The position numbers and the translations under genes are program-made. A DNA stretch of 64,000 nucleotides from Octopus sinensis (Eukaryota), in the NCBI RefSeq assembly GCF_006345805.1, contig NW_021833676.1, positions 10,597 to 74,596 of the forward strand. The letters run 5' to 3'. This document shows positions 13,943-28,330 of the stretch, one piece after another. The stretch's first letter is position 1, and each line of letters opens with the position of its first letter. Under the pieces are notes generated by a model. That model worked only from the letters and a program-made list of their open reading frames with translations, made no database searches and was not told the DNA's origin.

Positions 13943-14856
13943 GTATATATATATATTTTTTTTGTGTATATTTTTATACATACGTAGATATTTGGCTTCG
14001 AAATAGTTTGATTCTACCAAATTTCCTTGGGTTATAAGAAATGAAACCTACCTAAGGTGCTGCTGAGTGGGATCGAACTCAAATACATGCGATGGCGAGA
14101 CGCTTCTCGTAACGACACAGCACTTTTTTGCCTCTAGGTGTAGACTCCTACAATAGTTTGGACATTATCATGGACACCAGTGAGAATTTGCCTTGGTTTG
14201 GCACGACCTAAGAAATGTTAACACTGCTTAATATCACATAACCGTTTAAATGTGTGTTGGGAAGATATTTTATTGGCATTGGAAGAGATTACGATAAACA
14301 ATGAAATCACACTTCGTTCACCTGCCACAGACCAACGCACGAAATATATTCGACACATGCGTGGATCTGAGTGTCAGGTTTAGACAGGTGTTTTTGAGTT
14401 ACGAAGTATGCGCTTTTACATTGCGAAATAGAATGCAAGTTCAGCTTAAACAATAAAAACAAGGCTAAAGTTATGTGAATTCCTTCACAATACTCTCATA
14501 GTTTCAGTACCAGTTGACTAATAAAATTGCCATATCTCTGTTGTGTATGAAATTGTCTGTCATATATGCTGAGTTTCCATAGGTTTTGGTATGTAAATAA
14601 AAATAAACACCAGTGTAATGGTCTATTATAAACTTTGCTTTAGGCATTCTAAAAGTTGTATTCACAACCAAAGGATTATGTTCAAATCTTTATATAAAGT
14701 ATACGAGATCAGAATGATATAAGCGTATTTTTTTTCTTTGTACACAACGTATTTGATTTCGTAAAGAAAATTTCAATATTGCGTAGAAAACATTATTTAC
14801 CTATTCTGTTGAAAGCACAGACAAAAGCATACATGCGAACGCAGACTATTCATACA

Positions 14857-14917
<61 letters not shown>

Positions 14918-14942
14918 CTATCTATCTACCTACCTATCTATC

Positions 14943-14973
<31 letters not shown>

Positions 14974-15010
14974 CCATCAATTTATCTAGCTGTCTGTCTA
15001 TCTATATCTG

Positions 15011-15083
<73 letters not shown>

Positions 15084-15563
15084 TCTATTCTATTTATCTA
15101 TCTCCCCACACACACATATACACACGTTAGTAACCAACTCGAAAATCAGTTTTGAATATAATATTGGTAGATAAATAATGTCTTTCAATTTAAAAATATT
15201 CTACTTATTAAAACTACAGCACGTCTCCTTTCTAAAGAAAGATTTACTTTAATCTGTACCATGGAAGGCATTAAGACAAAATGGATAGAACCTTCCGCAG
15301 AAACTTTATTTATAATCCGTACACGGTAGAAGATAAAGTTTTATGAAAAAAAAACTTCTGGCGCACCACATGCTATTGAACTGATGGCTGATTATCCTAA
15401 TATATTCAAGAATTCATTGCTACCATTAAACAAAATAAACCAAAGAGACAAACCGGCTGATGGTCCTGAAGTTGAGGGAATAAGCCATTAATAATTGTGG
15501 TGGCCTGTCATGTGAGAAAAGTTACACACTACAAGTGCAATGGCTGGCCGTTTCCACAAATAT

Positions 15564-15979
15564 CTCTTTTACTCTTTTACTCTTTTACTTGTTTCAGTCA
15601 TTTGACTGTGGCCATGCTGGAGCACCGCCTTTAGTCGAGCAAATCGACCCCGGGACTTATTCTTTGTAAGCCTAGTACTTCTTCTATCGGTCTATTTTGC
15701 CGAACCGCTAAGTGACGGGGACGTAAAAACACCAGCATCGGTTGTCAAGCAATGCTAGGGGGACAAACACAAACACACACACGCACATATATATATATAT
15801 ATATATATATATACGACAGGCTTCTTTCAGTTTCCGTCTACCAAATCCACTCACAAGGCTTTGGTCGGCCCGAGGCTATAGCAGAAGACACTTGCCCAAG
15901 ATGCCACGCAGTGGGACTGAACCCGGAACCACGTGGCTGGTTAGCAAGCTACTTACCACACAGACACTCCTGCGCCTAT
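15564..15979 (-). mobile_element. tRNA-derived SINE, family A, full length
   Basis: Colinear and highly similar to 258-742 throughout. Confidence 0.9.
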
Positions 15980-16079
15980 GTATATGTATATATATTATGT
16001 AAAATGCATTGGGTAAAAAATTCCAACCTGGTAAATGTTGGTGTTATTTGAAACGGTCGATAATACTTTCGCTAGATTA

Positions 16080-16240
16080 AAGCGGCAAGCTGGCAGAATC
16101 GTTAGCACGCCGGGGAAAATGCCTAGTGACATTTCGTCCGTCTTTCCATTCTGCGTTCAGATGACGCCGAGGTCATCCTTTCCTCTCAGCCTCAGCCTCT
16201 CGCGATTGATTAAATAAGTACCAGTTGAACACTGGGGTAT
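16080..16240 (+). mobile_element. Family C SINE, diverged
   Basis: GCGGCAAGCTGGCAGAATCGTTAGCACGCCGGG...GATTAAATAAGTACCAGTTG matches the 27597 and 55599 elements. Confidence 0.65.
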
Positions 16241-17199
16241 AATGTTTAGCCCCAGACGGTTATAAAGGAAGTGTAGAGAGTAACGGAGTTATCATTTACT
16301 AGGTTTTTCGTTTATCAAACGTAAGACCTTTGCAGTGAAGAAAAGTGTATCATGGAGAAACTTGGGAAAGATGTGGTTCCTACTTACAAAATCTCGGAGA
16401 GAAAAATAACTGTATGAGTTGGGTGCGTGAACATATACACTACCGTCAGAAATTAATTAGCACCCTTGATTTGCTCTTCACTCAAGGTATGTGCTGTCAC
16501 CTAGTGGCCATATCTCGAACTATTGCTTTGTTGCGAGTTCACTGTTGCGCAGAACGATGACGTAACTTTGTTTGCAGAGCAGTTTGAGAGTCTACAGCCT
16601 TATGATGTTGACATAGCAGTGCAACAACAACTTGGAGTGCGGATGCAGACAAATCTTCCTTTGTTTAATAGATATAGGTAGCGCCTTGCAAGGACCGAAA
16701 TCACACCATACTAAGTTTTCTCATCGCGTAAGACATTTTGAACAGCTCATAGGTTAATTGATTTAACCTATTTAATGTAGAAAATTGAGAAGTGCTAATT
16801 AATTTTTGACGCAAGTGTATATGTTAACAAAACGAAACAATTTGAATTAGTTTATATTTGGTCCTAAGATGACACAAAATATAAAGATCGTAAAACACGG
16901 AATTATGAAGTACGAAATATCATCCTTAGAAAGAAACATTCTTAGTTTACTCAGCTATAATGGATACCAGTTTCGGTTTGGTGCACCCGTCTCTTTTTTC
17001 CGATTGCCTTATTATGGCTGTTTTCTTTCTGAGTCAAACATTGGGCAGTCGGTAAGATATCTACACTTGCAACATAACTACGTAGATCCTAAAAATAGTT
17101 AACGAAAAGACGATACATTTTATCGATCTATTCTCGTTTGTAAGTAACGGTTAGCTCTCCCTGTCACACACATACATCCACACGCATACAACATACATG

Positions 17200-17245
<46 letters not shown>

Positions 17246-17304
17246 GTGTGTGTGGTGTATATCTATCTATATACTATCTCTCTATCTATCTGTCTATCTA
17301 TCTA

Positions 17305-17369
<65 letters not shown>

Positions 17370-18590
17370 CTCTCTATATATATTATATATTATATATATT
17401 ATATATATATATATAATCAGCAACCAATTGCGATATATTGTTTTTTATAGTTATACATACGTATGAATTAAATTATGCACATATGCCTATACAGAATATA
17501 AAAAGAAAAATATAAGACAAGAGGAATTATATTTATATTCCATCGTACAAAGAATTAACAAAAATAATCAGAACACGATTCCTTGAAGCAGAATAATAAA
17601 ATGTTCCTTTTGAAAATCAACAACATATTTTTTTGAAATATTCTTACAATGGATTTCAAACGTTTATCATTTAAAGCGACAATCCGAAATACTTTAATGA
17701 TGCAAAAATAGAGTTGGGAATTGATGCTGCCAAACTCAAGTTCCATTTTTGAAAAAAAAAAAAATTCTGAATAGACTTGCGTATCTTATATCATCATTGA
17801 AATAATGGTATACTGCAAGAACCATTCTTTGTTATCATGCTAATCTTCAAAAGATTTCTTTACATATTTTGTTTTTTTATGAAATATATCTGCTTCCAAT
17901 GAAACCTCTATTTTTGGAATAAATCATTTCAAGTCTATTTAATTGTGCCTAAAGACGCAGACATTGTTTTCAACTTACTGGTTGCAACATTAATTTACTT
18001 GCATATCATATCTTAATGTTTTAGTTATGCATGATAAAAATCATTTTCGTCCCTAAATATCCTCACGTTCTTTGTATTTCAAAAATTTATTATTTCAAGC
18101 AACCCTCCCTGTGTTGTTAATGTTCTTATTCCTAAAAACCGTTTACATTTTTTTCCTTCATGTCAGCTTAAAACATACAGGTTACTTTACAAATTGCCTG
18201 AATATTTCAGTTATTTTAAATTCTATAGATATTCACACGTGCCGTGTTGCAGTCCTCATGGGTGATGCGGGAGTTACAGCATTATTTCTCTCCAGATTCT
18301 TTTGTAATCACATATTTCTTTTAAGGCTTCTATGCAATTATTTCTTTCTCTAGAATATTCTTTATCTCCATTACTACTTACGTAACGCACAGTGAAATTG
18401 TGCTTTGCTGGTGAGGTCAGAATAACATCTAAATATTTTTGCAACTATTCCCCCATACTTGCCGAAAAAGGATTGCTTCTCAATGATTCACATTATTTTT
18501 GTTACATAGAAATAAGTTACGTTCTTTTGCAAGTGTCTCATTTTGCCCCTTGTACATCGTAAATAACACAACATCATAAGCGGAAAGTGT

Positions 18591-18912
18591 AACCTCTCGA
18601 AAGAGCTGTTCTTCACTCCTGCTCCAGAGCGTAGGCTGAAGGGGTCACTCCGAAAAGCTCTATCTGCGACGATTTCATCTCAAACGAAGGAGAGGGGCTT
18701 TCTCCGTCAGGGTTGCGGATCCGTGGAATAAGCTGCCGGACGAGGTAGTGAAGATGCCGACGACCGCTCGGTTCAAAGCCTCTCTTGGCCAGAAATGGCC
18801 TGAACTCTTTGCATGAACACCACCCTGTACATAACTCCATGTCCCCCTACATGGCCTTGCTTTTTGCTTTTTGAGCCAAAAAATTAACTTAACTTAGCTT
18901 AACTTAACTTTT
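18591..18912 (+). mobile_element. CR1-like LINE 3' fragment
   Basis: NLSKELFFTPAPERRL, a 1-nt shift, then GHSEKLYLRRFHLKRRRGAFSVRVADPWNKLPDEVVKMPTTARFKASL...FA* (stop 18814-18816). This is a typical CR1 ORF2 C-terminus (RGHS..KL...WN.LP..VV...FK), followed by a short 3' UTR and a (TTAAC)n tail. Confidence 0.85.
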
Positions 18913-19801
18913 ATGATCTGTTTTATGCGTTAAAAAATGTCTGACAAATTCACGAGGCGAAAGTATCAAACGCGAATTACATTATGGGTAAGTACCACAA
19001 AATTGAGAAACTTGTAGATTTAAATGCAAGCAGTTCTATCGATTTTACTATATATACGCCCAACATGAAGAAATATTTGTAAGTAAGAGTCAAGTCTTAC
19101 AATATTTGAGAATTCTCGACAGAATATTTTTTCTGAAATTTGTGGAAATAAAAGAAAATATGGATATTTGTGGAACTGGAGACCAAATTTGGTCAAAGTT
19201 TTGAACATGAAATATCTCTGTCATAGGAATCTTGCTTGAGCGACTTTTTGAAATGACATATATACACACACATATATATCATACGTATGCATGCTATTTT
19301 AAACTTGTATTTATAGACTCCGCATATTAAGAATGAAAGACAAAATAAGTTTACATAATGACTAACATTAACTTATATGTTTCGTCTACGAGTAACATGG
19401 CATATAGATTTGCATTTTGCACAGCAGAATGGTACAATACCATCACAGATATTGTATAAAGTTTATCTTTACTGAAGTACCTACCTACCTACCAACCTAC
19501 CTACCAACCTACCTACCAGCCTACCTACCTACCTACCTACCTACCTACCTACCTACCTATCCACCTAGAGAAGGTGTATAGTGTTATTGTATAGTAATTT
19601 GGTGTTGCAGTTTCGAATTTTGACGTAGTCTGTTATTTAAACTTTTTGACAGATATTTGTTGTTTCTCGATGTTTTCCGTGAATAAATTGGGAATAAATT
19701 GCTTATTATAGGATATTTGGATGTGTTTTGTACTTTTCAGTCAGCGTACTTAACTTATTCAATGGGAATTTGACACAGTTTCTCAGAGTTACACACACAC
19801 A

Positions 19802-19849
<48 letters not shown>

Positions 19850-19857
19850 CACACACA

Positions 19858-19896
<39 letters not shown>

Positions 19897-21193
19897 ACAC
19901 ATCACTGGCGGTGCTCCACCATGACCACAACGTTTGGGCGGAAGCATATAAAAAAATAAAAGAAAATATATATGCATAGTATTTGAATGAGTTCTTAGAC
20001 TTCTCCTTGTTACGTGTATTTGGATCAGAAACTTGTCTGTAGCTCTTCGACATTTTCTTATTAAGATTTAATAATTAGTTCCAACGGTTTTCGAACCAAT
20101 AGCGTATATGAATAGCAAAGGATATGATACATAACACAGCGTATATATCTAAACTCATGCGAAGACAAATAAAATGGCGTATATGGTATCTAAAAACATA
20201 TGGAAAGGTAATAAAAACACATAAATCCAAAGAAAGGAAACAAAACAATATACCCGGGGACTTCCATCATTTCGAGTTTTATCAAAGGGTTAAACTCACC
20301 TGACTGAAATTCTCTATATTTTGTAATAGATGACAGATATTTCTATCACAACCTACGATCAATGATGTCTTTTTTTTATTTATTAAGAACAAGGCCAAAT
20401 GTTTCTACGCGAAAAAGGCTACATAAATTCAGCGGTTTGTTATCCGTGGAACTCAATTTTATGGTAATTCCTGACTAAACCTTTTTTCCGGTTGTCATAG
20501 CAGGATACTTGAATGAAATATATTTCATAGAATTTTAGTATGTCTGTACTGATAGATGGCATTCCTAGAGTGGTGCTATTATCCAGTGAAGTTAAAGCAT
20601 AAATGATAAAGAATTAATGTCACACATATGAACTGAAATATTACATTTGGTTACAGAATGTTTTTTTTTTAATATCAGATATCTATTTATCCTGCGCAAA
20701 CTATTTTTCAGGTGTTTCCATTTCTTTTACTTTCGCTTTAGACATGACATGTTACAATTTTCAAGAATTATGTTAACCGTAAATACACGTATAATAACCA
20801 ATCTGTGATTCTCCAAATTGTATCAGAAACTATTAGTGACATCATGGAACCAGAGAATAGAGTTCACGAGGTTATAAATGTATTCTTCGATACGCATTGT
20901 AGGCAGTCGTGCATTGATAGTTCTAATGCGATAAAGCAAGTAATCTTCTTGTACATTACTGCAGAGATAAAAAAAAAATTCTCTTAGTAATCACGTTTGT
21001 TTCTGGTTCGAATTTAATGCACGTTATGTTAGCGAAGTGTTTTTGTCCTACCCCGAGCTTATTAATACTTTACGAATGAAAATCGGTAGAGGGAAACTGC
21101 CGTATACATACGTTCATACACACATACAAAAGACACACAAAAATATGCAGAAAGTGCGCACGTGTATATAGCTGTGTACCGTGAATATATAAT

Positions 21194-21298
<105 letters not shown>

Positions 21299-21330
21299 TA
21301 TATATACATACATACATATATATATATATA

Positions 21331-21470
21331 ACTTAGCGGTTCGGCAAAAGAGACCGATAGAATAATTACTGGGCTTACAAAGAATAAGTCCTGGGGTCGA
21401 TTTGCCCGACTAAATGCGGTGCTCCAGCATGGCCACGGTCAAATGACTGAAACAAGTAAAAGAGTAAAAG
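21331..21470 (+). mobile_element. Family A SINE, 3' portion
   Basis: Reverse complement of ~270-410, ending GACTGAAACAAGTAAAAGAGTAAAAG. Confidence 0.85.
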
Positions 21471-21496
21471 ATATATATATATATATGTATATATAT

Positions 21497-21530
<34 letters not shown>

Positions 21531-21548
21531 TATATGTATATATATGTA

Positions 21549-21611
21549 GTTGCAACCAATATATTTTGTGTTTATTTCTACCGTGACACCTGGCATAAAT
21601 GCCTTCACTAA
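21549..21611 (+). repeat. 63-bp sequence with an identical inverted copy at 33868-33930
   Basis: 63/63 identity by hand comparison. Both copies adjoin (TA)n on the same side. Confidence 0.9.
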
Positions 21612-22911
21612 AGACACTAAAAGATTAATCATGTGCAAAGTATTGGTTGCCATGAAAAAGGACGATTTGCTTCGGCACATTACTTGCCGAGCTCAACTTT
21701 GATATCATAATTTTCTGGTCGAGGTTGTACATGGTGGGGGTAATCGACTTATCCCACCCTTAACGATTACTCTCTTTGTGATAAAATTTACAAAGGATTA
21801 TTTCTATCACAACCAGTCTTCTCCGAGACGAAGTGAACTGAAAAAGAGTATAGTATGTGGAGCCTTGTCGCATACCGAAATTTTGTAAGTTTATAAAAGA
21901 CTGATAAAAAAGAAATGGAGCCAATAGAAAGGGAAGAAAGAAATACAAAATGAGAGAATGATGAGGAAACCTTACTCAGAGATAAACTAACTCGTAAAGG
22001 ATTGAGCCTGTGAGGTGCAATGTGAAGATGAGCAAATGTAAAGACCTGGAAATAGAAATAACTTGAAGGAAGAAATGAGAGACTAATTCAAAATTATACA
22101 AATCGTTGGGTTTTCCCTCTTAGATGCAAAAGAAGCACATTGAAATTTCCTCTCAGCTCTGAATGGGGATAAAGGGAGAAGGCGAACTGTTAATGTGAAT
22201 ATAACGATATATATATATATATACGCACCTGATCTTGATCTCTGCAACATTTTTTTCTGTACCCGAATGAAGAAAGCTTTAAAGGAAAGCATTTTTTGGT
22301 TGTGGAAGAGGTGAAGAAAACAACGACCTAGGCGTTAAAATGCATCACTTAACAAGAATTCCAGAAATACTTCGAACATTGGGAACCGCGTCTGGATCGA
22401 TGCATTGCTTGAAATGGAAAATACTGTGAAGGTGGTAAAAGCGTAAACCCGTAAAACCTAAGTGCATGAAATAGTATTGTAAAATTCCGGTTTCTTTGGA
22501 ATACTTCATCGTTTATATTACTTTCTACTTTGGGTATTCTTTGACTTCCTCTAGGATTACATGCTTCGTATAAACACAACCAAGACAGAGATAATGACAC
22601 AGCGATGTGTATGTGTGTGTGCTCTGTGTGTGATTGTGAATTACACACACACACAGACACACACACGCGCACTTGACAAAATACTGAGTACTGCTTCTAC
22701 GTTAGGCAAAAGATTAAAGAATTAAATAGGACAACACTAGCTTATAACCAGAACACAAGTATTTAAAGAGTACTTACTTTTACCGGACAATAAAAACATG
22801 ACGCGTAAATGTGAATTCAGCTGGGTTTGACCGCAACATGTAGATGCATGTTGTCCGAAAGTCTAACGTCTGTACCACTCCACTCTTTCACAGATACTCT
22901 TTTTGATATTA

Positions 22912-23294
22912 GGAGGCGCAATGGCCCAGTGGTTAGGGCAGCGGACTCGCGGTCATAGTATCGCGGTTTCGATTCCCAGACCGGGCGTTGTGAGTGTTTA
23001 TTGAGCGAAAGCACCTAAAGCTCCACGAGGCTCCGGCAGGGGATGGTGGTGATCCCTGCTGTACTCTTTCACCATAACTTTCTCTCACTCTTACTTCCTG
23101 TTTCTGTTGTACCTGTATTTCAAGGGGCCGGCCTTGTCACTCTCTGTGTCACGCTGAATATCCCCGAGAACTACGTTAAGGGTACACGTGTCTGTGGAGT
23201 GCTCAGCCACTTACACGTTAATTTCACGAGCATACTGTTCCGTTGATTCGGATCAACCGGAACCCTCATCGTCGTAACCGACGGAGTGCTTCCA
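22912..23294 (+). mobile_element. tRNA-derived SINE, family B, full length with 12-bp TSD
   Basis: A box TGGCCCAGTGG, B box GTTTCGATTCC. TSD TTTTGATATTAG at 22901-22912 and 23295-23306. Confidence 0.92.
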
Positions 23295-25043
23295 TTTTGA
23301 TATTAGCTGGACTCTGTGACTATCTTCCCCTTTCCTCGGTGCATACTATATTTTCTTTTTATGTTATTGTCAGTATATCATATACGTTGGTAAATGAGTG
23401 TGACGTACTGCCTACGGTGTTGGGTTGACGACATTACGTCCTTTCAATATAACACTATTTCTAATCACTTGTATATTAATGAAATGTTTATAATAGGCTG
23501 ATACTTACGGCATTGTTAAATGGCCACAATAACAAGGTACTACATCGGTGCAAGCCAGTGCATAATTCGTCTTCGAATTAGCTTTCTCCTTTCAGGTTCT
23601 GAGAAGCCTAATTTCTCAAGATTGGTATTTATTCAGTGCGTTACATATCACAGGACCACAATAATTACAGGTATAAACCTGATCTTGTACACTGGATAGA
23701 GTAACTGCAGATGCCTCAATAGTTCAGTATAGGTGTTCACTTTTTCACTGATCTTCAACTTGATGTCAACATCCATGGTCCACAGTCTCTCTTCTCTTTT
23801 CCAAATCATTAAATCAGGTTCGTTGTGCTTACTTTTTATTGAGGTTTTCGCTGGAACATTTCACCAGTATTCCTTTTCGTGTATATATGTATGCGGGTAT
23901 GTATGTGTATGTGTGTATGTATGACTGTATGTACGTATGCATGAATATATGTATGTATGCATGCTTTTATGTATGTATGTTTTTTTTCTTATGTCCTTCG
24001 TACGAGAGTTCAAACTCATCGCTAACAAAGTTACAAAAACTTGGTGTTGGGTGGGGTGTTGATGCGCGTAGATGAGTGTGTGTGTCTATCCATATAAAGA
24101 ACCCGGGGTGGCAGATTCTCTTTGGAATGCCTTAGCAATCCAACTAGTGACCATCCGATATGAAACAATGAAATCCAACACGTCACCTCCAGGTCATTGC
24201 CTTGGAAGACGCCTTAACCATATAAAGGCGTCTGCGCCACAGAAATAAATCGAAATAAAATACGCAGAGTCATTTAAATACAAAGACACCAGGAGTTTAG
24301 TAATCAAATAAAAATGTCTAAACGTGTATATGTTAACTTAAATAGTATCAATATAAACTAGTTGCAAGTTGATCTAAGGCTGGTTACTCTCGTTCATTAT
24401 ATCCAATAGACTTTAGTGAACCGCAGACGGATCGTCTCTGCAATAAACTGGTACCGTGTAATCTCCTCCGAAATCTCAATTCAATTTCTACTACTGAGCT
24501 TTTTCAATTAATGTGACGAATCGTACTATAATAAAACCTAATTCTTTCACCAATATTCTCAGTTGAATGTAATTCGTTTCTGAATCCGAAATCGACGAAT
24601 TTACAGACAATGATGGTATTGTATGTTACGTGTATTAGTTAAATAATTTACTAGAAAGTATGCGAAAAGTTTCAATTACAAAATTGAAAGTAGATACTAA
24701 ACGTAATTATATATATATATAATATATTATATCTATATAATATATATCATATATATGTGTGTTGTGTGTGTGTGTGTGTGTGGTGTGCGTGCTGTGTGTG
24801 TGTGTGTGGCATATACATATATATTTATATATATATAAATATAGATGTATATACATACATACATATATATATGTAAATATATATACTAATATATATATAA
24901 ATGTATACACGTTTATTTCTACATAGATATGTACATGTAGTTATATACATATACTTACATATATACACACGTATACACACACGAATCCACAACACACAGG
25001 CTCAGAGACATACGCATATATTATTTATATATTATATATTATA

Positions 25044-25086
<43 letters not shown>

Positions 25087-25400
25087 GGGAAGAAATGGAG
25101 CCGACGAAGATTCTACAAAATTCCTTTTTATATATATATATATATATATATTAATCTAATATATATATATCTATATATATTATATATATATTATATATAA
25201 TATATATAATATATATATTATATTATATATATGTATATATATATACATAGCGTCTGTTTCTCGGCCGAATAGGATCTTAAGACTACTGACGGCGCTGATC
25301 TCAGTTGAAAAATCACAGGAGGACACACAATATGAACATGACTGACCCGGCTTAGGGAGCCATCGGCAGGACAGCTGTTGTTGGTAGGATTAATATGTGA

Positions 25401-25791
25401 GCGTGGAGGCGCAATGGCCCAGTGGTTAGGGCAGCGGACTCGCGGTCATAGGATCGCGGTTTCGATTCCCAGACCGGGCGTTGTGAGTGTTTATTGAGCG
25501 AAAAACACCTAAAGCTCCACGAGTCTCCAGCAGGGGATGGTGGTGATCCCTGCTGTACTCTTTCGCCACAACTTTCTCTCACTCTTACTTCCTGTTTCTG
25601 TTGTACCTGTATTTCAAAGAGCCGGCCTTGTCACTTTCTGTGTCACGCTGAATATCCCCGAGAACTACGTTAAGGGTACACGTACCTGTGGAGTGCTCAG
25701 CCACTTACACGTTAATTTCACGAGCAGGCTGTTCCGTTGTTCCGGATCAACCGGAACCCTCGTCGTCGGAACCGACGGAGTGCTTCCTCCC
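25401..25791 (+). mobile_element. tRNA-derived SINE, family B, full length with 11-bp TSD
   Basis: About 95% similar to 22912-23294. TSD TTAATATGTGA at 25390-25400 and 25792-25802. Confidence 0.92.
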
Positions 25792-27596
25792 TTAATATGT
25801 GAACAGAGGGAGGAGTACAAATGTAGATGAAGTGGCAATGAATGCGTTACACGTAACTAAAATGAGTCAGTGATTATCAATCGCATTTTACTGCTGCTTC
25901 CTTTCACCTGCCCTACCAAAAATGCTCCTCTTACCGTAATTTTAGGCCATTGTCAGGGAGTTTGCTTTCTAGCATAACTGAATCCACGGTATTGCCATTC
26001 CTTCATAAAAGGTATTCTTTGGACATTTTATTTATTTCTTTTTCGTTTAAAGGAAAACTTAACAATAACAGGATCAAGAGAGGATTGAACGAGGTCTGTT
26101 GCTGCATGTAACTTCTAGTTTTGTTCCACAATCAGGTGGCACGAGTGCTTTATCTATGTCTGGTGACAACTTGGGAGTTCAGTTCCTACAACTGTATCTG
26201 GATAGTTACCCAGACACCGCTGCCCATCCTGAAGGTGCTAAAAATGGTGGGGGTAAAATGCTCAAACAACGTCTTAGTACTTAGCTGAAACATCACCCTC
26301 GGCCTGTTTCTCTACGGCCCAAATTTAGGGAACTCATTTTGAATAGACCAGCATGATTTTGGAATATGGAAGTTAACATTTCTTGTTCTTAGCGACACAG
26401 AACCACCAAAATAATGAACAACATTGTCTCTCAATGAAATCTCCCATTTCAACATTGAATATCGTAGCCCTCTGTCAAGCAGGAGATTCATGGGTAGGCA
26501 AACTTGAAGATGCAGACCCTGGCTATAATTCCTTTCGGAAGGGGAAAGGAGATAAAATAAACCAAGGAGGAATCACAAACTGCCATGAGTGAATGACTTC
26601 CATCGTATTTTTAAATGCGATGGTAATTTCATGTTTCATCTGTGGGGCCGTATTTTGGATAGGAGATGCCAAATGTGAGAGAAAGTATTGAAAAATACAT
26701 GACATTTGAAATAAAATGATATAGAAATACACTTCGGAATATGTATAAGGAATATAAAGTTAGCAAAAGTGTTAGGAAAGACATTTTTGAGAAAATTCTA
26801 AACCATGAAAAAAAATCAATGAATTTTTATATTGAAGAACAGATTATGAGATTTGCTCGATTCGCACAACACATTTATGTAAGATCAGAAGTGAATATGA
26901 CATTTTTAGTAGAAATTCTTCTGGTAATGGTGGCTTAGAAAGCACACACACGCACACACACAGTAAGTGAATTTATGTATTGAACAAAGAGAACGGAAGG
27001 TGAAAAGTGGGGATTGTTTGAAGTCCAGGAAAGATGGAACAAGGTAAGAGGCTGACACTCTCGTACCTATTACTTCTATCAATTATGGGGCTTGTTTATG
27101 ATTGTAACCCCGATTGATTATGTTCGTTATTGTATGTAGCTAGATGTACAAGAAGTGATACTGTATAACATAGACTGAGACATCACTGTCGTCGTTGGAA
27201 TTCAGATCTGTCAGCGTCATCGCCTATTCTGAGAATATAAGATGTCAAAATTTGACACAACAGTATAATGATTGTTAATTAGTATCTTACCGTTAATATT
27301 GTTTCTTGTCAATCTGACATGTAATTTTCGAACCACAAATCACCTGATAAACATGATAACTAGACGCATGGCTTCTTCATACAAAACGGTAATGACTTGT
27401 TAATACTGCAAGAACAGCTACTAAATCAAAAATCTAACTCAAGATGGCAGAGAGAAGCATCTCCAGAAATCCTGTCCGTCACTATACATAAGTACGTCTA
27501 ACCTTTAGATGCCTAACCGACCAGTCGATTAAAAAAAATCTTATTAACTACCGTAAGATTGCGACCACGTGTTTGGCATGACTATGTGCTTAAAAT

Positions 27597-27816
27597 GGCG
27601 GTGGGCTGGCAGAAACGTTACACGGCGGGCGAAATGCGTAGCCGTATTTCGTCTGTCGTTACGTTCCGAGTTCAAATTCCGCCGGGGTCGACTTTGCCTT
27701 TCATCCTTTCGGGGTTCATAAATTAATTACCAATTACGCATGTAATCGACTTAATCCATTTGTCAGTCCTTGTTTGTCCTCTCTGTGTTTAGCCCCTTGT
27801 GGGTAGTAAAGAAATA
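27597..27816 (+). mobile_element. tRNA-derived SINE, family C, with 14-bp TSD
   Basis: B box GAGTTCAAATTCC and central GGTCGACTTTGCCTTTCATCCTTTCGGGG. TSD TATGTGCTTAAAAT at 27583-27596 and 27817-27830. Confidence 0.9.
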
Positions 27817-27959
27817 TATGTGCTTAAAATATTTGCAAAGTAAGGTATATTTATGGGTTCCCTTCACTATGGTTCATATTTTGGCTGCTATTTCTAAAAT
27901 AGCCTTGTGTTGTCCAAGGAAATAGCGTAGGAAACGACCATATATAGAAATACACATAA

Positions 27960-28330
27960 ACACACACACATACATTTGCATGCACGCGCAAACACTTACA
28001 TATTTGCATACATACAGATAAATTTGTACACACATACACACATATATATATATGCATACACGCACACATTTGCATGCACACATTCAAATATTTACACTCA
28101 CACACGCACATACATTTGCATTCACGCACACATATTTGCACACACCACACACACACACACACATATGTTTGCACACACACAAACATATTTGCATACACGC
28201 ACACATATATTTGTAGATACACACGCACACATATTTGCACACACACACATGCACACGCCTATTTGCATACACACACACATATATCTGCACACGCACACAC
28301 ACACACCACACACACGCATATGTATATATG
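27960..28330. repeat. CA-rich degenerate minisatellite (recurring CATATTTGCA units)
   Basis: (A)TATTTGCA recurs, separated by CA runs. Confidence 0.7.

Noticed and set aside
21950-22190. Faint CR1-like peptide traces (also 48040-48180)
   Set aside because: Too degraded to distinguish from chance.
22912-22990. tRNA genes at SINE heads (also 25405, 58640, 63453)
   Set aside because: Acceptor or anticodon stems are not intact and the sequences continue into SINE bodies, with TSDs at 22912 and 25405.
23596-23670. Possible 75-nt exon (TTTCAG...ACAG|GTATAA)
   Set aside because: Weak donor and an unrecognisable peptide.
24208-24236. 9-bp hairpin AGACGCCTT...AAGGCGTCT
   Set aside because: Isolated, with no CTAG end or other context.
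26080-26940. Short ORFs in a moderately complex tract
   Set aside because: Possibly an ancient LINE, but no motif could be supported.
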